From: Desulfotalea psychrophila LSv54
GTDB lineage: Bacteria > Desulfobacterota > Desulfobulbia > Desulfobulbales > Desulfocapsaceae
DNA: 32,000 nucleotides
Direction: 5' to 3'
Assembly: GCF_000025945.1 (NCBI RefSeq)
Contig: NC_006138.1
Span: forward strand, 600,001 to 632,000
In this document: positions 26,400 to 32,000 of the stretch, piece by piece
Position numbering within the stretch: the first letter of the stretch is position 1
Layout: each line of letters begins with the position of its first letter
Notes under the pieces: generated by a model
The model's input: the letters and a program-made list of their open reading frames with translations, nothing else
Databases searched by the model: none
What the model was told of the DNA's origin: nothing
Program-made: the position numbers and the translations under genes

Positions 26400-27689
26400 T
26401 TATTGTGCACTCATGGCAAGTGCTGCAAAAATATCACCTGCCACTAAGGCTACCTCGCACTGCTCTTGGGAGTCCATGTTTTTCAGGACAGCCTTGCCAG
26501 TTTCAATCTCATTTTCGCCAAGAATAAGGGTTGCAGCGACACCGGCCTTATTGGCCAACTTCATCTGCGCCTTCAGGCTACGTCCCTCATAATCAACGGC
26601 AACACCCACGCCAAGGCCTCGAAGATCCTGGCTCAAGATACAGGCAAGTTTTGTTGCCGCATCGCCAAGACCGATGACAAAGAGATCCAGTTTCTCGGCG
26701 ACAAACTCCGTTTCCTTCTGCTGAAGTAAGAGTATCAGGCGCTCCATACCAATGGCAAAGCCAATACCTGGCATACCGACAGGACCGCCAAGCTTTTCCA
26801 CCAGACCGTCGTAACGACCACCGGCACCAACAGCGGACTGGGCACCAAGATCATCGGTAATAAATTCAAAGGTCGTGCGGCAGTAATAATCCAGGCCACG
26901 AACCATAAACTTATTAAGGCTGTATGGAATTTCCAGAGACTCAAGGGTGGTACAAACCGTATCAAAATGGTCTGCACAATCACCACAGAGATAATCCAGA
27001 ATGGATGGTGCCTCTTCTACCTGGGCACGACATCCTGCATTTTTACAATCAAGCACTCGCAATGGATTGGTCTTGCTCCGACGCTTACAGTCATCACAGA
27101 GATGCTCAAAACGATCTTCAATAAACTCTACCAGGGCCTGCCTGTAGACAGGGCGACACTCGGGGCAGCCAAGGGAGTTCATTTCAAGTCGGACATTGAT
27201 GCCCAGGGTGCGGAAGACCATGGAACCCATGGCCATAAGTTCGGCATCAACCAGCGGATTTACAGAACCAAGTACCTCTATATCCATCTGATGAAACTGA
27301 CGCAAACGTCCCTTTTGGGGGCGCTCGTGACGAAACATGGGCCCAATGGTAAAGAGTCGCTGCACAGGTTTTGCGACGTAGAGTCCATTTTCTATGTAGG
27401 CACGGATAAGCGAGGCAGTAGCCTCGGGACGCATGGTCACCTTCTTATCGACAAAGGTGTACATCTCCTTTTCAACAATATCCGTTGCCTCACCAATAGA
27501 GCGAGCAAAAAGATCTGTCTGCTCAAGAATCGGCATACGAATCTCAGAAAAATTATGACGGGTAAAAATATCCCGTGTTATCTTTTCCACCTGCTGCCAC
27601 AACTCTACTTCACCTGGTAATATATCCTTAAAGCCTTTTAAGACCTTTATTTTCAACGTTCCATCCCCCAAAATATAACCAATCAACAT
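26400..27689 (-). CDS. hisS: histidine--tRNA ligase
   Basis: GFKDILPGE, FRHERPQKGRLRQFHQ and AGGRYDGL motifs. The true start may be TTG 27656, which has a GGGGGA SD. Confidence 0.92.
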   Translation of the reverse strand: MLIGYILGDGTLKIKVLKGFKDILPGEVELWQQVEKITRDIFTRHNFSEIRMPILEQTDLFARSIGEATDIVEKEMYTFVDKKVTMRPEATASLIRAYIENGLYVAKPVQRLFTIGPMFRHERPQKGRLRQFHQMDIEVLGSVNPLVDAELMAMGSMVFRTLGINVRLEMNSLGCPECRPVYRQALVEFIEDRFEHLCDDCKRRSKTNPLRVLDCKNAGCRAQVEEAPSILDYLCGDCADHFDTVCTTLESLEIPYSLNKFMVRGLDYYCRTTFEFITDDLGAQSAVGAGGRYDGLVEKLGGPVGMPGIGFAIGMERLILLLQQKETEFVAEKLDLFVIGLGDAATKLACILSQDLRGLGVGVAVDYEGRSLKAQMKLANKAGVAATLILGENEIETGKAVLKNMDSQEQCEVALVAGDIFAALAMSAQ

Positions 27690-27806
27690 TTAGTTCAACG
27701 AAAAATCGAGAATTTAACCGCAATTTTTCATATTTGTCAAGCCAGACAATGTCTGCCAAACAAGCAAATCTTCCCTTTCTCTTTTCGCCTAGAATAAGCG
27801 CGATAC

Positions 27807-27835
27807 CAGTCATTGCTTGACAAATCCCCAAGAGA
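27807..27835 (+). promoter_or_regulatory. possible sigma70-type promoter for the NMO/FabK-like gene
   Basis: TTGACA (27807-12), 17-nt spacer, CATTAT (27830-35). Confidence 0.35.
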
Positions 27836-27864
27836 TGGTCATTATTTGTCCCCGTAAACCTTCT

Positions 27865-27881
27865 TTCCTGCCAGGCAGGAA
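27865..27881. promoter_or_regulatory. 17-bp perfect palindrome (candidate operator or hairpin)
   Basis: TTCCTGCC-A-GGCAGGAA, located between the putative promoter and ATG 27963. Confidence 0.35.
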
Positions 27882-27962
27882 GAATTATGTATGAGAGCAA
27901 ACTTTTTTATATAAAAATTACCAGAAATTCTCATACAACATAATCAACGATGAGGATAATAC

Positions 27963-28956
27963 ATGAAGTTACCATCACTCAAAATCGGCAACCTCACGGC
28001 GCCATTTCCCCTTCTCCAAGGAGGAATGTCCATCCGTGTCTCTACCGCCGCATTGGCAGCACCTGTTGCTGAGTGTGGAGGAGTCGGTATCATTGGTGGC
28101 ACCGGAATCCCCGTAGCAGAGTCTACAGGAAGAGATTCGCATAGCCAAGAGCAAGACTAATGGCATTGTTGCCGTTAATCTGATGTTTGCCATGAAAGAT
28201 TTTTATAATCAGGTCATGGGCGCAATCGAGTCCAAGGTTGATATGATCGTCACTGGAGCAGGCTTTTCCAGAGATATCTTCAAAATTGGCAAAAAGCATA
28301 ACACCCCCATCGTCATGATTGTTTCCACCCCGGGAATGGCAAAACTGGCAGAAAAACTTGGTGCCTCGGCAATTATCGCCGAAGCCAAAGAGGCAGGCGG
28401 CCACCTTGGTACCGACCAACCTCTGCGTAAGATCTTTCCGGCAATTCGCGATGCAGTAAAAAACATCCCCCTTATCGCTGCCGGTGGCATTATCAATGGT
28501 TTTGAAATGGCCGAGATGATGGACGAATACGGTGCAGATGGCGTCCAGGTTGCATCTCGCTTTGTTCTCAGCGAAGAGTGCCCGGTCACCGACGAATTTA
28601 AGCAGGCATACCTTAATGCCAAGAAGGAAGATATTGTTCTTACCTCCTCCCCGGTTGGCCTGCCCGGAAGAGCTATTAACAATCCCTTTGTCCAGGCCCT
28701 TAATGCCGGAAAAAGTATCGCCACAAAAAAATGTCCCTTCGCCTGCCTGAAACACTGCGATCATCACTACTGCATCAACGAGAGACTGCAAAATGCCTCC
28801 CGAGATGGCAAGATCGATGAGGGCCTCATCTTCTCTGGAGAAAATACTTACAAAATGAAAGAGATACTCTCTGTAAGTGAGATATTTAAACTCTTCCAAG
28901 AACAGGCCGAATCGGTGTATAAAGAAGGAAAGGGTTTTTGCCCTGCAGCAATCTAG
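27963..28956 (+). pseudogene. nitronate monooxygenase / FabK-like (NPD family) FMN oxidoreductase interrupted by a frameshift
   Basis: N-terminal part in frame 3 (FPLLQGGMSIRVSTAALAAPVAECGGVGIIGGTGIP...stop at 28160). The rest is in frame 1, open from 28117: QSLQEEIRIAKSKTNGIVAVNLM...IPLIAAGGIINGFEMAEMMDEYGADGVQVASRF. The shift maps to about 28117-28128. Confidence 0.75.
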
Positions 28957-29000
28957 CAGTAGCATACTGTATCCGTGCGTGGAGCATCTTGTCTCCACGC

Positions 29001-30431
29001 ATGGACCTCACTCCAACCAAAGCAACAAAGTTGTGCATATTAATGAATAAAACCAACCAGCCACAAACAATAGAAGCACCAGAAAAGATCAAACTCAGCT
29101 GTACAGTAATTGCTCAGGGGCAACATCCAATTACCAAAAAGATGCTTGATCCCGATGCCCTTTTTGTACTTGAAAAATTACGCAATGCGGGCTTTTCTGG
29201 CTACCTTGTAGGTGGTGGTGTTCGGGATCTCTATCTTGGTAAAACGCCAAAGGATTTCGACATAAGTACCAATGCCCGCCCCGGGCAACTGCGCAAACTC
29301 TTCAAAAACTCCAATACCATCGGTCGCAGATTTCGTCTGGTACAGGTTTTCTTCAAAGGCGGCAAAACCATTGAAGTATCCACCCTCCGTTCACTCAGTG
29401 AGCATGATCTGGATGGGCCCGAGGCAATCCTTGCCCCCAATAACACCTTTGGCACTCTGGACGAAGATGCTCAACGTCGTGACCTCACCATAAATTCCCT
29501 CTTTTATGAAATAGAAACTCACTCCATTATTGACTATGTGGGAGGAGTTGAAGATCTTGAAAAGGGTATTGTTCGTATCGTTGGTGATCCGAAAAAAAGA
29601 ATCACCCGCGATCCCGTTCGCATAATGCGCGCCATTCGCCACTGCAGCCGCAACGATTTCACAATTGAAGAGAAGAGCTGGGAGGCAATTTGCGACCAAC
29701 ATCAGCAACTTGCCCTCTGCCCACCCTCACGCCTACGAGACGAGTTCCTCAAGGATCTCTATAACTGCAAGATTGCTCCCTGGTTTGAGCTGGCAGAAAA
29801 ATCATCGATCTTCACCATCCTCATTAAGGGATATCTAGGCAAACTAGACCTCCCCTTTAACGAAACACGATCCTGTCGAGAACAGATCGCCGCGACCATG
29901 GCAACCATCGACAGAATGAATATCCAGGCCCTGGAACAAAAAACTCCACGTCAACCGGATTACGTCCTCTTTGCCCTGGTACTTATAGCCTGGGCTGAAA
30001 GCGAATTTTCCCTGCTCTCAGAACAGCGAAAGGGCGCTTTGGCCTTCCAACTTGGCAAAAAAATACGCACTGACCTTGACAAGAACCTCGGTATCGACCT
30101 TAACCTGCGAAGATCTCTCCGTCAGGAGATGACAACCCTTCTGGTCAATCTGCCTCTCTTTATCATGCATGACAATGGCAAGGATTGGCCTAAGTGGTTA
30201 CAAAAGAAGAGCTACTTCCCAAGATGCCTCCTCTTTTATAACTGCTACAAAAATACCCTCAGCCAGGAAGAGGCGGAGCTTATCGACATCCCTGCAGAGC
30301 CCATGCCTGCCGCAGAAGAACAGTCCAGCGCTCCTACTCCACCACCGGCTAAAGGCAAAAAAAATTCGAAGGATAAAACTGCCCTTTCATCCTCCAGACC
30401 GGGCGGAATTTTCGGCTTTAAAAAAGATTAA
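29001..30431 (+). CDS. pcnB: poly(A) polymerase I-type polynucleotide adenylyltransferase (PcnB/CCA-enzyme superfamily)
   Basis: GYLVGGGVRDLYLGKTPKDFDISTNA nucleotidyltransferase motif and GRRFRLVQVFF (PcnB-like RFRLxHV). Pro/Ala/Lys-rich C-terminal tail. Start is uncertain: 28938 is the track start, 29001 or 29043 are more likely. Confidence 0.75.
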   Translation: MDLTPTKATKLCILMNKTNQPQTIEAPEKIKLSCTVIAQGQHPITKKMLDPDALFVLEKLRNAGFSGYLVGGGVRDLYLGKTPKDFDISTNARPGQLRKLFKNSNTIGRRFRLVQVFFKGGKTIEVSTLRSLSEHDLDGPEAILAPNNTFGTLDEDAQRRDLTINSLFYEIETHSIIDYVGGVEDLEKGIVRIVGDPKKRITRDPVRIMRAIRHCSRNDFTIEEKSWEAICDQHQQLALCPPSRLRDEFLKDLYNCKIAPWFELAEKSSIFTILIKGYLGKLDLPFNETRSCREQIAATMATIDRMNIQALEQKTPRQPDYVLFALVLIAWAESEFSLLSEQRKGALAFQLGKKIRTDLDKNLGIDLNLRRSLRQEMTTLLVNLPLFIMHDNGKDWPKWLQKKSYFPRCLLFYNCYKNTLSQEEAELIDIPAEPMPAAEEQSSAPTPPPAKGKKNSKDKTALSSSRPGGIFGFKKD

Positions 30432-30473
30432 TTTCCCATAGCAGCAAACTAGCCGAACAATCGCCAGATTACT

Positions 30474-30502
30474 GCCTTCTAACTGTAGCATACAGTTAGA
30501 AG
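30474..30502 (+). terminator. 13-bp perfect hairpin downstream of pcnB (no U-tract)
   Basis: CCTTCTAACTGTA-gca-TACAGTTAGAAGG. Confidence 0.4.
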
Positions 30503-30785
30503 GACAGATGAGCTAAGTATCAAAAAAACTTGTGTCTTTTCATAAAAAATACTTGTCGAACAGGTCCCAATTAAGTACCCTCAGTTATTTACCGAAAAAA
30601 GATCTTTTCTTTACATCTAGTAGATTTTGCTGCTATTTTGCGCATTGCTAAGCTCCATCCACTCATGAGGCACAGCAAGGTGTTGATTTTTTATAGACTT
30701 TTTTTGTTCATATTTATCGGTTTAAATAATACCCGATACAATCGCGCCTAGCGCACAATTGTTGCAACAACAATAGGAGGTTGAT

Positions 30786-31880
30786 ATGGCAGACACGGTA
30801 AACACAACTATGAATCCAAAGCTTAATCGGCGTGGATTCCTGAAAGGATGTACGATGGTCGCAGCCGCATTGGGGCTTTCCGATGCGATGATTCCCAAAT
30901 TGGTAGAAGCCGCCTCTTCGGGCCAAAGACCACGGGTTATCTGGCTCCACTTCCAAGAATGCACAGGATGTACCGAAAGTCTCCTCCGGGCATCTCACCC
31001 CGATCTCGCCCGTTTAATCCTTGACGTTATCTCCCTTGATTACCACGAAACGGTTATGGCAGCAGCCGGTTATCAGGCCGAGGCTAACCTGCACGACACC
31101 GTTGATAACCACCCCTTCATCCTTATTGTTGAAGGGGCTATCCCAGTAAAAGACAATGGAATTTACTGTAAAATCGGCGGTAGAACAGCACTGGAAATTC
31201 TTGGTGAGGTTGCACCGAAGGCCACGGCGATCATTGCCATTGGTACCTGTGCCACTTCCGGTGGTATCCAGGCCGCATCTCCCAACCCCACCGGAGCCGT
31301 TGGCGTTGAGGACCTTCCTGAGTTGACAGGCAATGTACCCATTGTCAACATCCCGGGATGCCCACCAAACCCCGTTAATCTATTAGGTACAATCCTTTAT
31401 TATCTTACCTTCAAGAGACTTCCTGCTCTCGATAGCCAAAAAAGACCTCTCTTTGCCTACGGACGAAGAATTCACGATCAATGTGAACGCCGTGGCCACT
31501 TTGACGAGGGTCGTTTTGCTGAAAAGTTCGGTGATAAGTTTCACCAGATGGGCTATTGCCTCTACAAGGTCGGCTGTAAAGGCCCTGAGACCTTCGCTAA
31601 CTGTCCAACAGCACGCTTTAACGATGTTGGTGTCTGGCCAGTAAGCATTGGCCATGGTTGCATCGGTTGTACCGAGAAAAATTTCTGGGATACCATGACT
31701 CCGTTCTACGAAAGATTACCCAACGTAAAGATCCCCGGCACCGGTATCGTGGCCGATGCAGATAAGATCGGCAAGGTGCTGGTTGGTGCTACTGCCGTCG
31801 GTGTTGCAGCCCACGCCGCAATCGGAATTGGCAAACGCCTTATCAAGGGTAAGCCGAAAGAGAAGGAAGACAAGGAGTAG
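30786..31880 (+). CDS. [NiFe] hydrogenase small subunit, Tat-exported, with C-terminal membrane anchor (group 1 uptake type)
   Basis: Twin-arginine signal NRRGFLKGCTMVAAALG. Proximal cluster motif WLHFQECTGCTES. GTCATSGG and CPPNP. Distal cluster cysteines. C-terminal helix VLVGATAVGVAAHAAIGIG. AGGAGG RBS. Confidence 0.92.
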   Translation: MADTVNTTMNPKLNRRGFLKGCTMVAAALGLSDAMIPKLVEAASSGQRPRVIWLHFQECTGCTESLLRASHPDLARLILDVISLDYHETVMAAAGYQAEANLHDTVDNHPFILIVEGAIPVKDNGIYCKIGGRTALEILGEVAPKATAIIAIGTCATSGGIQAASPNPTGAVGVEDLPELTGNVPIVNIPGCPPNPVNLLGTILYYLTFKRLPALDSQKRPLFAYGRRIHDQCERRGHFDEGRFAEKFGDKFHQMGYCLYKVGCKGPETFANCPTARFNDVGVWPVSIGHGCIGCTEKNFWDTMTPFYERLPNVKIPGTGIVADADKIGKVLVGATAVGVAAHAAIGIGKRLIKGKPKEKEDKE

Positions 31881-31959
31881 GGTCTTTTTAAGAATCAATA
31901 TACCCGCCAGGAGCGATACTCCCGGCATGGTGTTCATATAATTTTCGGAGGTTTTACGT

Positions 31960-32000
31960 ATGGCTCAGCGAATTACCATTGATCCTATTACTCGGATCGA
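31960..32000 (+). CDS. [NiFe] hydrogenase large subunit, first 13 codons (continues beyond the window)
   Basis: GGAGG RBS, then MAQRITIDPITRI, the typical large-subunit N-terminus (..DP.TRIEGH). Immediately downstream of the small subunit. Confidence 0.7.
   Translation, partial: MAQRITIDPITRI

Noticed and set aside
26967-27620. 217-codon ORF antisense to hisS
   Set aside because: Nested in hisS with no motifs. Antisense artefact.
28123-28998. 291-codon ORF antisense to the NMO/FabK-like gene
   Set aside because: The sense strand shows the NPD/FabK motifs. The antisense translation is featureless.
1-32000. Search for CRISPR arrays, tRNA/rRNA genes, transposases/integrases and known defence-system genes
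   Set aside because: No regularly spaced repeats of 24-40 nt were seen. There are no tRNA-like cloverleaf candidates near the islet borders, and no ORF with DDE/tyrosine-recombinase or defence-type ATPase/nuclease motifs. The only tandem repeat is the 4 x 7-nt array at 19686-19713.

Overview
The window looks like a chromosomal segment from an anaerobic, sulfur- and hydrogen-metabolising bacterium. Gene content suggests a Desulfobulbaceae-like Desulfobacterota; this is inference only, and no rRNA or tRNA is present to anchor it. Most of the window is core metabolism. In order it contains: the 3' end of a sulfite/nitrite-reductase-family gene; a CoA-disulfide/persulfide reductase with a C-terminal rhodanese domain; YkgJ, an EamA transporter, a cupin and an acyl-CoA synthetase; an H-NS-family gene next to a ~0.7 kb AT-rich spacer; pta-ackA; hslO; a WtpABC-type tungstate/molybdate transporter; an MFS transporter; a CinA-N-like protein; an MCP; the hisS-aspS operon; a frameshifted nitronate-monooxygenase/FabK-like gene; pcnB; and the start of a Tat-exported membrane-anchored [NiFe] hydrogenase operon. 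I see no CRISPR array, no transposase or integrase, and no recognisable complete defence system. The least ordinary part is 19.07-22.31 kb, a visibly AT-richer islet. It holds (i) a decayed adenosine/adenine-deaminase remnant that the ORF track misses, (ii) a ~160-nt extended imperfect hairpin abutting that remnant's RBS, (iii) four tandem heptamers inside an unannotated 58-codon ORF with a hydrophobic tail, (iv) a DUF4242/SCO4226-like gene and (v) an orphan DUF2235 (Tle1-like) alpha/beta-hydrolase. Other points worth checking are a candidate Moco/Wco riboswitch upstream of wtpA, the split NMO/FabK-like gene, and a split or truncated DUF401-like membrane gene. All family calls come from motif recognition by eye. 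No database search was run.
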